64,000 bases of DNA from Iphione sp. A-MEVVRFRX5 (GCA_976226885.1 OZ320318.1:41974001-42038000); one strand, 5' to 3'; shown: positions 1 through 13,246, counted from the first letter of the stretch. Translations and numbers: made by a program. Notes: generated from the letters alone by a model not told the origin.

Positions 1-327
1 CATATTTTGGTGATGAGTCCATTAACCCTTTTTAGCAGTTTTCTGCAGCCCTCCCCCCATTGTATAACTCCAACAGCTTAGTAAATATAATGTAACCTAG
101 GGTTATGGTAACCCCAGGTCACCAGCTGAAAAGAACCTAAGTGAAACATACTCCTACAAAAAGCCCAAGGATCATCGACTGCATTTCAGCAGTTAAGCAT
201 GGCTGTGGCGAACACCTTAAATCAGGACAGTGACACACACCTCATTACAATAAGAGTCAACTTCATGATCAATAATTCATGATACAAAGAGAATCCATGC
301 AGTGAGGCAAATATTCGATAATGCTTA

Positions 328-1460
328 GGCCTGGAAAATCCGTTTCTGGTAACATACTAAAAATACAGAGGGTCAGTAGGTAGATGGGTTATTCTTTATT
401 TTTCTTTTTTTTTTCAATGTTAAAGCATCCTAAACATAACAAATGTGTATGGTAATGTCACTTTCACTGCTTGGATGTTATTGAAACACTTAAAGAAACA
501 CTTTGGTACAGAATGCATGTTTCTATCATTATTCGTTCATTTGTTTGTTCATTGCAGTTCAGTCAATTTGTGATCAGGCAGCCAAATTCTGAAGTTGTGA
601 ACAGCGTATCACATGTACCAAGGTGCAAGTCACTCACCCCTTCTTGCCAGGGTTACAGTGGTCTGGGATTACCAATGGTGTGCTGTCATGTAACCACCAA
701 CAAGTTGGTCGGTGTGACTGGAGTCCCGAAGTAGAGGTCACCCAATCCACCACAGACGACGCTGCTGGGGATAGCTGGCTTGATCTAAACATTGGGATGG
801 GGGTACAGCAATGGTGGGCAGACTCCAACTTGGCTGTGGCAGACATAACAATGATTGACAGGCATAAGAGGGTCATTTGAGTGGGTGTGCAATCAGCCAT
901 GATGAGTACGTATACTCACATGCAATATCAATCGCCCCCAGTACTAGGATTACAGTGGTCTGGCCAACCACCAGCATCTGGAAGCATGGAGGTTGCTTTA
1001 AACTGTGGGGGGACTCCACAGAGAAGTCTTCAAAATGTGCTGTCAAATGAAACATGTACTCTTAGTGCACTGCTTTCTCCCACCACTAACCAGTGTTCCA
1101 GCTGTTTGAGTTGACTGCTGGAGAGACAGTACTGTGTGTAGCCAGGTGTGACAAGTACATATATTCATGTGCATGTCCCACATGCCCCAGTACCAGGGTT
1201 ACACCAGTTAGGCTGACCAGTGGTGTCTGCATAAATGTTCATAAGTCAGGGGCACCACACCCTTCCTTAGAACTGGCACCACTCAGTTTGGTTACAGGCT
1301 GGTTAGAACCAAAAGCATGTCTGCTCACCTCCAAGCCAAGGACTGTCCTGATCATTATTCACTCCAGAGATATTCACAAAACAAGAATAAAAAAAAATCC
1401 CATTGGGACCAAAATAAGGGTTAGTTGGGTTACTGGAAACACAAAACTTTTTATTTGGCT
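328..1460. mobile_element. PIF/Harbinger (Tourist-like) MITE, split by an 816-bp insertion
   Basis: 328-534 and 1361-1460 align by eye with the two halves of the intact MITE at 32649-32985 (GGCC start, tttctggtaac, ctatcattattc, gggttactggaaacac). TTA precedes the left end; the right end is degenerate. Confidence 0.65.
535..1350 (-). mobile_element. Unclassified insertion flanked by a 10-bp target-site duplication
   Basis: ATCATTATTC occurs at 525-534 and 1351-1360, but only once in the uninterrupted MITE copy. The insert has no TIRs and a short aatgaac/aaac-type tail at the minus-strand 3' end. Confidence 0.6.
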
Positions 1461-3623
1461 TCAGTAAGGTAAAAGACACACAACACAACCAGAATGGCTC
1501 GAAAATAAACCCTTCTTAGAACAAATGTCCACATTATTAGGGTGACCAAGATGTATACATGTTTAAAGTGCCCATACAACCCGTTTCTGTCTATTATCTC
1601 CCCAAGTCCATTATGTCCAGTAATTGTCCAGTTGTCTCTCTGTTACAGGTAGTATTGTGTTGATTCTACTGTTGTTTTTAACTCCTCTTACACAATTTGA
1701 TGAGGATTCGAACTCTGACCTCCCACTGCGCTCCTTCTTTACTCTTTACATTGATTATGCGTGGGCCGGTGCCCTTTTCCACTGTGCCACAGAGGTTCTA
1801 CAGGTCGGACGTTAATTCTTTCATATATTGCATTCATTGAAGTTGAACAATAGTTAGACATTTCACTTTTCATTAAAATATACTTTCATCAATTTATTAA
1901 CATGAAGGGATACCTTCCACGCCCATCCTTTCCATCCTTTATTTTTATGAATTAAATGCTTCTTTAGTATGACCTCCAGAAATAATTGATGCTTTTCATA
2001 AATCCGTGTATCTTTTTGCCGAATCTTTAGTAATTATTGTCAATTTCATAAATAGAATGCAACTCTAGTGATACCTCTAGTGACACCTCTGGAAATATTT
2101 ACCACTATTTCCTGGCCACCAAATATAGTGTAATTCGAGGAGGTAAATGTGGGTCAATATAGCTTATTCATCTGTTTTGGTACAATGGACAATTTGTAAT
2201 GTTAAATATCATATGAAAGCCGATGAGTTGTACTGCATATCTAAGAGTTTTTGTTTTATTTTACTTGGTTAACATGGCAACAGAAGAAGATTGAATATGA
2301 AACATGATCACATAAATTACACTTAATTGACACTAATTCACATCACTAGTAGGAAAACAAAAGAATTTTGCTCCCAGAAAGAAATGTTCAACTAAGAAAG
2401 TATTCAAGGAGTCGCAAAACTTTCACTTTTGAGTAAAATGTTTCAGGAACAAAAAAATTTACAAAATCATTTCTGATATGGACATTAAGAATGCTGTTAC
2501 ATAACATACAGTTTGTACCAGTGTCTATGCACAGGTGGGTCTGTAACAGGAAATTTCTAGTAATTTTCAGTGTATTTCACATTTTAATGGTAATACCTGG
2601 AAAAAAAACCCTATCAAAGAAGATTGACAATAATTTCAAAGATTATTTCAAAACATTATATGGTTTAATCTGAATTAACATGTAATTTGTCTGTTATAGA
2701 TCATTACTAATAGTCAGAATGGGTTATTACTAGAAGAAAAATGGTAATTCCGTAAGTTATAGCAAAGTCATGTGACCATCCTGATGACTTTCCATATTAC
2801 AAAATAATAAATAAACACTAGTTATATAGCTTATAGCCTTTAGTATATGAATCATTCATTAAGTTTAGATAAGTGACCAGATTGAAAACCGGCTTGTTCT
2901 TATCTATCCATAGGCTTATCCAGCCAATTTGGCCTATGGGCAGTTAGGAGGGAGTTAAATACATCTTTAGCATGACCTCCAGAAATAATTTGTTTCCCTT
3001 TAATTAATGTGAATTGCTCCACGGAATCGGGGGGATGCTCATACAGACCATTAGCTGCTCATAATGCACTTATTTGCTTCTGCGTAGCTTAGATATTATT
3101 GCAGGTAATGGTCTGTACTCATACCTTATCTACCAAATACTGGCTGACTAATTCAGACAGTAATCCAGCACAAATATCAGAGAAAGTCATAACGTATATA
3201 TTTGCAATGATTGTGCACCATCCCCCTGTTATCAGCTTGAGCTGCAACGCTTACTAGCTATGCATACATGTAGACATCGCATTTATATAATTTAACTATG
3301 AAGAATATCATTTTTCAAATCAGTATGCTAAACATTTGAGTCAATGGTCTATGAGACTAAGGTAATATCTCAATGTTTTCATAGCCGAATTGAGTTCATT
3401 ATTTATACATTATGACTATGCAGTTGGCAAGACAATGTTACCTAGAACAAATCCAATTAAAAGGGCTTGCAAAGGTCAGACCACACAAGTTATGTAACAA
3501 TATATTTACCGAGTTATACATCCAACTAGAGGGTAAAGTCATTCTATCGTCTCATCAGATACTCAAGCAAGTTACTTCAGCTTTGACTACAACTGGATAT
3601 AAGTTTGGTATACATCATAATAA

Positions 3624-3755
3624 GGCCCCCCCCCCAATAAATGTTTTTGGATTACCCACCCTAACCTAGGAAAACCTCACCCTATATTTTCTATACCCCC
3701 CTCCCTACCTAGGTTTTGGGATGGTTGTAACTAGAAACAACTATTTTCAGGGGCC
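3624..3755. mobile_element. Short Harbinger/Tourist-like MITE
   Basis: It starts GGCCCC and ends GGGGCC, with TAA on both sides (3621-3623, 3756-3758). Internal motifs are shared with 46742-47094. Confidence 0.65.
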
Positions 3756-5573
3756 TAAGTAACAAGCATGATACATAAAACAGGAGATATATCTCCCTTT
3801 GATTAAATCAAATACGCATTATGTCGTAACTTGTATATCTTCCTTTATATACATACACATACAGTAGAATACCAAAATAAAGACAGCTGTCTAATCTGAA
3901 CTAAGCTCTCTTATTTCCAGGTCTCTAATTAACAACAGATTTTGCAATAAAACCAGGTGTAGCTGCACTTTAGTGCATATTTACCGTGCATATTTCAACT
4001 TATGTCTGCATTTTGATCTGTCTAGAATGTGACTTTGTACTGTACATTAAATTTTGTTTATTCTTACAAATCTGAAATTTATATCTTGCCAACTATATAC
4101 ATGCATTGATACACATAGTATGAAAGTGCTTAACTTCGAAAGTGGTATTTTATTAAAGCTAATTTGTATGCATGTGTTGTTGCGACATAGTTTCAGTATC
4201 GTAGCATTACCAATCTAGAGGCGTTCTGGGCAGAATTCTTAATTAAGTAGCGATGTTTGATATCATCAAGCTATGTGTACATGCAGGTATATGGCTGGAT
4301 CTAGGATGGAATGTGTCTGTATGTAAGGTTCCTAGAGGACCATTGACATGAGAAACTCACACCATCACCAACTTGTGCCATATTGTCAGAGGACATTAGC
4401 TTTAAAACCTAGTTAATAAAGTCATTATCCCGCCTTAACTGTAACTTTCCTTTCAAAATAGAGACGATATTGGAGTGTTACATGTATAAATATGAAGTGT
4501 TCCCCCCTGTAGAAGCAGATATTTCACGGTGTAAAGTTGCAATGGTGTGGGTTGGCTCTGGTGTGAGTAAGAACCAGTATGAATCATTTTGTTCCTTTCG
4601 GATCATGATTGTTGTACACTTTGACAGGTGGTCCCCAGTCAGGGCTATTGACTATACAGGTATAGTATTACACATGACCAGTATAATTATTCTCGATGGC
4701 CACTGGCTTAAGATTTTGTGACGTACTGATGTGTTAAATTAGGTACGATGCGATAATTGTGCATGGCACTTTATCATAGTTGTGTCCTCGTTACCCCTCC
4801 TATTGGTTTACTTAGGTTGCCCCCGGTTAGGTTTGCGAAGCAAGAACTGTGTATGGGCGACAGTATCTTCGCCATGAGTGCGGAAATCCCGATGTATTGA
4901 TCTTCCTTGTTTGTGTCTATGTGCATAGTTACCTGCGTCGGTGGGCAACAGTTACAATCCATTGCCCTGATGGGCTAATGTCATTATTGTGATACTTTCC
5001 CACTTATGTTCACATCGAATTCCACTATCTTGTGGTATCTGTAATTTCACAGTTTGCTTTAGTATACTCTTTTCATTCTTCCTATTGTTTTGTTATCATG
5101 GAGAACTTTGTCACTTGCTGCAAAAGTGGTAATAAACATACCGGTGGTTCATACCTAATGCTCCGCGATTCTCGGATATAGTTTGGAAGATGTAAAGAAA
5201 CATCTTTCACAAATGTTTCCTCCCCAGGCGCGATTAACCCCGTCCGAGAATACGTGCCTTGACCACCTTGTTTCTGGACCATGGTGGACGTATATAAAAT
5301 ACTGTGGATAAGACATAAACTACCATACTTTCTTAAGTGTAAACAATGAATTAGTCCATCTGTAATCGTAGAGTTTTCTCAATGCGTTCTCCTGTGTATC
5401 ACTGTTGCTCTCTCTTGGAAAGAGGAAAATGCTCACATTGTGGCCATAACACTGTAAAAAGAACAGAACCAGCATTTTGTTGATCACCGGGATGGCTACA
5501 GAGAGTCCTTACAGGTCTTGGCCGGTATCTGATTTTGTCCTTTCGCCATGTACCTTCCTGATGTGGCTCTATT

Positions 5574-6518
5574 CTATGTTGTACTTTCATCAGTCTCGTC
5601 CATACGAATGTAACGGTCATTTTTCGGTTGCGTCTTTTTCATGGCCGGCAATTGCGTGGTGCTCCTGGCAGTATTAGAGGGGTTACTGACTACAGGATGT
5701 CGACCCATTGGCGGTATCCGATGTGGCATATGCTTGACTTGTTCAAGCTTCTGTATCAATGAGCTCACAGCATTCGAACCCTGCTTTAAAGTCTCCGACA
5801 TCTCCCTCTGCGCAGCCCCACTGCCTTTGCCATTCAATACCGGGTCTCCTGAGCCAGCACTTCCAATTGAATCCTTGGAAGTCTTCCTTTGTCTTGAAGT
5901 TGGCTTAGTATTAGTATTAGTTGTTGGCCTGCCTTTCTCCGTCAATGATGTCACTGCATATGCATTGTGATCTAGGTCCCGTGTTTGTTTCGTTACTGAT
6001 GAGTCAACTCCTAAAGTATCATTCGCTAAGCTACTGTCAACGTTACGGCCCTTTCTACGAATTGGTTTGGGTTTTCTACCACACTCAGTCGTATTGTAAT
6101 ATTCAGTTGGACTCATTCCAGTGGGGCTAGTCGGGGAGGAAGCATTTACTAATCCTTCTCCCTCGGGATTGGATGAGAAACTGGAATCATGCTCAGTAGA
6201 CACCGTAGAACACGGGGCACTACATCCTGACACTTTATCACTCAATACATAGCCGTCACTTTCATCCTCTGTCGTGCGATTGCGTTTAGCAGACATATCA
6301 AAATAGGGCGAGGTCCCTGGCGGTGGAACGCAGTGGCGCGGGGTCCTGGACGACGTTTGCCCTTCAAGATCGATCCCTCTCCGGCGATTTCTCTCCTCAT
6401 ACATTGGGGAGTAGGCATCCGCCTGTGGGGGTGGAGCCAGAGGTTGGCGACCGCGATCTTCGCCACCAGGCATGGACTTCTTTTTCTTTTTCTTCTCCCT
6501 CGTTTTAGTTGTTGGTTG
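5574..6518 (-). CDS. Gene A last exon: S/T/P-rich cytoplasmic tail with YSPM, YFDM, YYNT and YIRM motifs
   Basis: It lies in the 349-aa ORF 5574-6623. A phase-0 acceptor ctacttcttccag|CAA at 6518 gives 314 codons to TAG. Confidence 0.8.
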   Translation of the reverse strand, partial: QPTTKTREKKKKKKSMPGGEDRGRQPLAPPPQADAYSPMYEERNRRRGIDLEGQTSSRTPRHCVPPPGTSPYFDMSAKRNRTTEDESDGYVLSDKVSGCSAPCSTVSTEHDSSFSSNPEGEGLVNASSPTSPTGMSPTEYYNTTECGRKPKPIRRKGRNVDSSLANDTLGVDSSVTKQTRDLDHNAYAVTSLTEKGRPTTNTNTKPTSRQRKTSKDSIGSAGSGDPVLNGKGSGAAQREMSETLKQGSNAVSSLIQKLEQVKHMPHRIPPMGRHPVVSNPSNTARSTTQLPAMKKTQPKNDRYIRMDETDESTT

Positions 6519-7066
6519 CTGGAAGAAGTAGGATCTGACGTTTAGTCTGCTTATGCTGTATACAATGATGATAGTATTTACCGTGTAAACTGTTTTAGGA
6601 TAGATTATTCTAAGGGTCAACAATGTCTCTAATGAAACAGAGAGCTATGAAATACGTGGGTTAAGGGTACTAAGAAAAATCAGTTAATGGCTTTGTTTTG
6701 GAGTGGTAAAGTAAGATGCTCTCTGTGAATTAGCGAGGGCTTAATTTGGCTTTACGCTTTGTTGTAAATCTGTCAAAGGTTTATGTAGGAATATAAATTG
6801 ATTCCCATATTGTACTTCACAATATAGTATAAAACAATGGAAACACAGACCCAATACTGAATATATGCTCTCTACTAGATTTAGCTGGATCACATCTTCA
6901 TTATTCATCAGTAAATATACGTTTTTCCAATATCTCAGAGTTGTTTTTCACAAGAATGCATCGTATTGTTCACCCATGTTTCAATGTTTCTCTAATGAGT
7001 AATATTATGGATACAGTCAATGGCGTTTTTTTTAACTATATCGATATATTCCTCATCGTTTCATAC

Positions 7067-7561
7067 CAGATTTCTAAAAGCCAGATGCAAAAGGCTAGAC
7101 ACCGAAATGTTATACTTATCAGTGTTTCTGAGTTGAATATATCCGGGGAAGGTGCCGCTCGTCGATGGAGCAGCTCGTGCAATTCTAGCATCTACGAAAC
7201 GAATTATACTTGCCATTGTTTCAGGGTTAAATAGATCCGGGAATGTAGGGTACGAATATGAAAGGCTGGTGTCATCGGAATCCTCTGCATCGTCTTTCGA
7301 ATGTTCTTCTTCGTCATTCAAATCCAAGGACTTCTTCACTGCGTTTTCTATATCACTTGGGTCCAACACGAACTCTCCGCCTTTCAGACATTCAGTAAGG
7401 TCAAGAGTATTTGGAGGTGGAGAACATTTTGGCGTCTCTGGCGGAACATTCACATAAAATACCTCGTTGATTGTGTCCTCGTGGTGCGGGGGATCGATCC
7501 CCGGAGGCGGGGTCATGTCGAGCTCAACTCTGTAGACCTGGTTGCAATCTTCTCGGTGGTA
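7067..7561 (-). CDS. Gene A cytoplasmic exon (YHREDCNQ...VFYVNV...GYIQL...FRNL), Pro-rich and acidic
   Basis: Acceptor tttaacag|TAC is in frame with ORF 7061-7516; donor CTG|gtatga. The exon is 495 nt, phase 0-0. Confidence 0.75.
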
Positions 7562-8052
7562 CTGTTAAAGTATTAACCATATTTATATATGGATGAACGG
7601 TCCGGATAAATGATAGTGCTGGATAATTGGAAAGGCATACTATTCGATTTTAGCAGAAACAAAAAGCTTCATATAACGTACAGATCGGAATAAAAATTGA
7701 AATGGACAGTATAAAGTAAAGCGTTCTGATTTTCAAACATATAGAGTGGACTATGGGGAGTGGAGTGTATATAGGGAAGAAGAGAGCGTGGACATATAGT
7801 TAAGGATAAAGGATAAGAAAAAGTAGAGAGCGAAGGCATTGGAATGTCAATGAAACAAGGAGACCAAGAGGTACACAGGCAGACACCTAGGGAGTTTTCA
7901 CTGTTTCACAAGGAGTAATTAATTCTAACAATCCCCGATACCGGCATTCAAAAAGACAGAAACCTCGATAAGTTAACAGATATGTTTCAGTCCTTTACGG
8001 ACATCTGGTCGACCGACAGATTTGTAACAGTAAAATTAACAAAGGGACCTAC

Positions 8053-8211
8053 CTGGTTCAGTTCGTCGCGGCTAGGGGGCTGTGAAGGAGGGTTACGATG
8101 CTTGCGCCGTGACCTCCGGAAGCTTACAAGGACAAAGGCGATGGTGGGAAGAAGGACCGTCGCAACAATGAGCACAACAAGTCCCGCAATAGCCCAAGCA
8201 TCATCATCAGG
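8053..8211 (-). CDS. Gene A transmembrane exon (PDDDAWAIAGLVVLIVATVLLPTIAFVLVSFRRSRRKHR...NQ)
   Basis: Acceptor ttgtctcgctttcag and donor CAG|gtaggt; 159 nt, phase 0-0. A ~26-aa hydrophobic stretch is followed by a basic stop-transfer cluster. Confidence 0.8.
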
Positions 8212-9898
8212 CTGAAAGCGAGACAATAAATGAAAACTCAGTTCTGTGGGTGTTTCTGTCCATAGACCTAAAAAATCTCTAGGCAAGAACAAGGATGATT
8301 TTCAATAAGAAAAATGCTTATAAAGTCATGGGTGTTCAAGAGCCGCTAGAGGGACTGTGAGTTTGTGTGTTGTAGGGTTGCGATACAGATGCCCGTTTGT
8401 TTAGGTTGGAGCAAAGAATCATGCGTCTTTTTGCAAATGACGCAAAACCAAACGGTTCTATGCAAACCGACCAAGTCTTCACAACATATCCATACAGTAC
8501 ATCAGGGGCAGGGTGTGTGTGGGTCTCCCCCTACATTAACAAAAGGCCCAGAAGGTTTCTTGTCACCTCTGTTGCCATCCACCTATAACAGAAAACCAAC
8601 AGGATGATTGCTGGATATAATGGAACCAAGGGGATGGTTGGAACATAGAGAGAAACGGGTGGCAGGGGTGGTTTCAATCTAGTATTGTTGTGCTTATCCT
8701 ATATTATTTAAACTGATGTGGTGTTGTTTTCAAACAAATCCTCTAACAAAATATCCGTTAGACAGAACATGAAACACGAACATAGCAGGATGTCTGATGC
8801 AACCACAGAAAGTAGATAAAAACCACAAGCTTCGCTTGTAAACCTATATTGATTACTTCGTTACTATCTCTATGATAATTATAATCAACTCACGTTTTCA
8901 CAAGGATCGGTCTTTTTTTAGATGTCTAATAACATTAAGGTAATAACACTGGAACTGTAAACTCTTTACAGGAGTCTCCCTTCAACTAAAGTAAACGATA
9001 AATTGCAGTGAAAACATTTGAATTCAACTAGAAGACATGTTATTTGCTTTGACTATTTATGGACAAGTCTTGGTGCAGTGAACAGCCCATGTAGGCGTTT
9101 GTATAATAACACTGAGGCTTTGCCCTTCGCTAACCATATATTGTGATAATTATTGTAAAATAAGTTGTACATGTTTACAATTGAAAGAAATATCACTGTC
9201 ATTGCAGCATCACTGTATATTCTTAAAATTTGAAATGATATTACTGAGCAAACTGTATTATCACAGAATGCGTATAGCTCAGACTAGCTGCATAAGCTTT
9301 ATTGCTCATGGACACTGACAGTGTGACGGAGATTTAATTAAAAGGATAAACGTCATAGACTCGGTTCAAAATATACAGTGTTACAAAGGAGAGGGACTCC
9401 TCTCTTTGAGGCTTTGTACTGTTTGGTCCCAATTAATTATTATTTGGCATTGATTTCAGTACTAAATGTGCTATTCAAATGAAGAAATAAGGTCTTAGAG
9501 TTTACATTAGAAAATGCAGACTCCTGGTTATCACTCTTCACCTCTGTAGCAGTTTTGTTGACTTGCTAATTTTAGAGAGAGATCTTGATATTGACACTAA
9601 TTAAGTCATTTATAATAAGAATAAAAGTTAGAATTAAACTAGATGCCGAAGGTCACCTTAGCTGTGTCAGTGCACTACATAATGTTCCAAGCAGGATAAC
9701 CATAGCAGTAGTTTACATTTGAATCAATCTTGTTAGTCCTAAGTGAATCTCCACCTCAAACAGGAAAAACAAATATAGTTCTTGGTAATCTCTAATTTGG
9801 TCACCAAGAAAGAGTGCACCATTTCAAAGAGAGATGGGGCTGCTGATGGTAGAATATCCAACTTTACATGACAATGCGCAACTTCTGATGTACAGGTA

Positions 9899-11015
9899 CA
9901 GTCGAACCCCCCTATGTAATCATACCCTAAGGCTCGACTTCCTTAGAAGCCTGTCGTTTCTTTGAGCCGTTTGGCATGTGTCACACCTTTTTACAGTGAA
10001 GCTGCATAATGAAAACACAGGCGTGAAAATGCCGAATTCGACAGAAAAAAGCAAAGGTCAAGCAAGTAGTATTGATATGAGGCAAATATCAGGCAAACTT
10101 ATCCAAAAAACAGCACAACATGGTGCATATAATAATAATTCAGATGAATTACAGCAATATTCATGGAAATTCGGCGTAAGAATGGAGGATTTCAGAGAAT
10201 TTCGGGTAAAAAGCAGCAAATACATGGAAAGTCAGCCCGAAAACAGCACAACTGATGACAGGAAATGAAGAAATGGGAAGAAATATGAGTAAATGTATGG
10301 AAATGTTTTTTGGCACAAAACATAGATAACATGGTTATTTTACTCTTACTTTTCATATACTTCGAAGCTAAACACGTGCCAAGGAAACATGGTTGTGTTT
10401 CTCACGGTGAAGGGAATATCTCTTGGTATGAGTCATAGTACAAATAAATCCCACAAAAACACAATTCAGCCTAACCACAAAAACACGATTCAGCCTAAAG
10501 CAGCCCAAACTGTTTATATGGCCAAATGAGCTCAGAAACGAATTTTTCCCTTCTGCGGCATGATAAGAATAACCACAATATGACCAGACCGTAAAGCAGC
10601 CAAAACTGCCTGTGATCACATGTCTTAGGGTCATTTTCAAAAGAATTCAATGCCGTAAATACTACGAATGGGCAGGTTTATACCATAGTTGTTGCTGCAA
10701 CCACTCCACTCTAAGAGATCACAACATTTGAAAGTTTTTTTATTGTCTGAGGTGCAACCAGAGGTGTGATTGCAAAGTCCTGAAAATATTTGTAAATTGC
10801 AAAATTCATGCGAATGAGGTAAAAAAACTGCAAAACTGGTAAAAATTGACGCAAATGCGTTTCAAAGGTGGTGAAATTCATGAAATTTCTGCGGTAAGAT
10901 GGCAAAATTCACGAAAACTATATGACTATGAGCTTTAACCATAGTGTGACAGAATCCACCAGTGTGACCACTTGAGCTTAGAACAGAAGGGTGATCACAA
11001 TGTGGCATTCGACTG
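9899..11015. mobile_element. Non-autonomous Tc1/mariner(pogo)-like DNA transposon
   Basis: Imperfect TIRs (CAGTCGAA...tgtaatca / ...TTCGACTG) with TA on both sides (9897-98, 11016-17). The interior is AT-rich and repetitive with no transposase. Confidence 0.55.
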
Positions 11016-11017
11016 TA

Positions 11018-11165
11018 CAGTGTTCCCTCAGACAGCTTTATAACTGACATACTCTGACGGAGCCTAATGTGAAAAAGAAGCTTAACAAGTTCCCTAAACT
11101 GACAATTCCCATGTATCCGACAAAATCTATGTGAACCGAAAGTGTCGGTTATGTAAGGACTACTG
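11018..11165. mobile_element. Small Tc1/mariner-like MITE abutting the previous element
   Basis: CAGT.../...ACTG ends with TA on both flanks; TIR similarity is short. Confidence 0.35.
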
Positions 11166-11250
11166 TATATCATTTTCTAATAGTCACATTTCCGGCCTTT
11201 CCTGAATGAGGTATAAGCCGTTTATGTACAGGAAGGCATGCGAGTCTGAT

Positions 11251-11585
11251 CCCAGCTAACACACAACATTGTGTTGTAGTTTGGTTAGGTTAGAAAAGAT
11301 TCTCGACACAATGTTGTATAAATGTTAGATCATGGCCCTCAGGTAACATTATAATATAATGTGTCTAGAATGTTGTAGTTTGATTAGGTCAGAAAAAGAC
11401 CTTCACACAATGTTGTATAAATGTTAAATCACAACCTTCAGATAATGTTATATAATAACATACTGATCTACAACATTGAAGTTTGGTTAGGTTAGAAAAC
11501 AATTGACAATGTTATACAATAAATTTACCATAACCAAAACACAATGTTACCACAACATTGTGGCATCATTATAGTGTTTGCTGGG
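11251..11585. mobile_element. MITE with CCCAGC termini (CACTA/CMC-like)
   Basis: TIR CCCAGC(T/A)AACAC; 2-bp TSD AT (11249-50, 11586-87); subterminal repeats acaatgttg/caacattg and gtttggttaggttagaaaa. Confidence 0.7.
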
Positions 11586-12837
11586 ATGACACATCCTTCT
11601 ACCACACGCCATAACCCATTGATTAACAGGAATGTGGCAAATGCTTGTTAAAAACATATACCGTTTTCAAGAAACATGTTTCACGCAATCTGTACATACA
11701 ATACACAGTAAGGTAGGGAATGGGATAGAATCAGAGTGAAAGAAGAAAGAGGTAGGACGAGAAATAATCGATTCGATAACCGATAATGAAATTCAGATCA
11801 ATAACCATCCTAGGACAAATAGCATTAGTTGGTATTCAATTTGCAGTTCTGTAAAAATATTTCAGTTTATCAGAATCGACCAATTGCTTTCGTACCCAAG
11901 CTTTGTCTTTGGTCGTGTCACAGACATATGTAAAGAGGAGAACAAACAGCATATTGTGTATGCTATACTCAATCATCTACCAAGCCTCCCTGCTTGAGAC
12001 CCACTGGACGTACATCAACCAAACATACCGAGAATCACATTTCATGAGTTTTATTATGTGTGTAAAAGGAAACAATGTCCTCAAAAATATTTATAGGAGT
12101 CACGGACTTCAAGCCAGACCATTTTATCCAATTATTCTCCAGAGGATCAGGGTGTCATGTCTTACATATATTTTCTATAAAACTGTACCTAAAATATAGA
12201 TAGAATAAAATACTTTCATTTTGATATATATATTTATACCCCACCGTTCACATACATATTTTACTGTTATACAAGTACCATGCAATCAAATGAATAATTG
12301 CAGGCAGGAGATATCTTCGGCCAGAGGACCTTGTCATAGTTGATGGCGACATATACATCCTTGTTATATTTTGTTCATTTCATAATCTAGATCTACATCA
12401 AAAGCATAACGGACAGTATGTTGTACCCAGATGTTTTTAGTTCCTAGTATAATTTATGCAATGGTCAGATGTCAGCCATGTAGCCAGGAAGTTTTGTAGG
12501 GTACCCAAAACGAAGTCTTCTGGTATTAAAGGAATTGATTTTTTTTTCATCTAGCACTACAATTACACATATATTTAGCCGTCATTGATACTGTCGGTTG
12601 AAACTGAGATAGAATAGGAGGATAGCATTCCGAAGAGTTTGAGAGAAAATACATGACATCAGGTTTAACTGCCTCGTGGCAGTGAATATTAAACAAAGAC
12701 AATCCAGATGTTTCCACATTAAAATGATCCTAATACTGATCGCATCATAAACCCGATACAAAGCATATCATTTTATAATTCATATCAATAAACATACTAA
12801 TCCTGATGTTCTTTATTCTACCAGGAAGGTAGACTAC

Positions 12838-12846
12838 CTGGGAGGT
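12838..12846 (-). CDS. Gene A candidate 9-nt micro-exon (TSQ)
   Basis: tcttgaccctcttacag|ACC TCC CAG|gtagtc; phase 0-0, weak donor. Confidence 0.35.
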
Positions 12847-13246
12847 CTGTAAGAGGGTCAAGATTTATTCGTCGGTGGGACGAGTCCCACATTCCACGCT
12901 CTCATCAGCTGTGCTCTCCGCCTGCAGATAACCTCGCGTGGTGGGGATACCTCGATGACGTTACAATGAATGTGTGTGCTTTGACCAAGCACTTGTACTA
13001 TCGCAGGAAGAGACCTGTTGAGAGCACCTAGATGTAAGGTATTATGGGGGCGGCTATATTGTAAGACCAATAAGCATCTGTACAGGTGTCTGTATAAGCA
13101 TGTTCTATGTGTAATCGATTAGTATAAGGGTATTATTCGGTGCATAATTAGCTATGTATTTATTAGTAAATATAGGGAATGACTAAATTTTCCATCGTAT
13201 TGATGGAGATGGTGTTTTTCAATTTGGTTTACCACTTACAACTTAC

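Noticed and set aside
4300-5560. Short minus-strand ORFs with faint Ig-like fragments downstream of the gene A stop
   Set aside because: They have many stops, no convincing motif and no coherent splice pattern. This is probably 3' UTR or decayed sequence.
4300-8600. Cluster of same-strand ORFs initially suggesting an endogenous virus
   Set aside because: The ORFs at 5574, 7061 and 7987 resolve into phase-consistent exons of one spliced gene. No viral hallmark protein was seen.
11880-12520. Possible NIDO- or lectin-like coding remnants on the minus strand
   Set aside because: They require several frame changes, and the similarity is too weak to support.
12858-13070. ORF with Ig-like start (VQVLGQSTHIHCNV)
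   Set aside because: It lacks the core Trp and second Cys, ends in a stop, and is phase 1, whereas neighbouring exons are phase 0.
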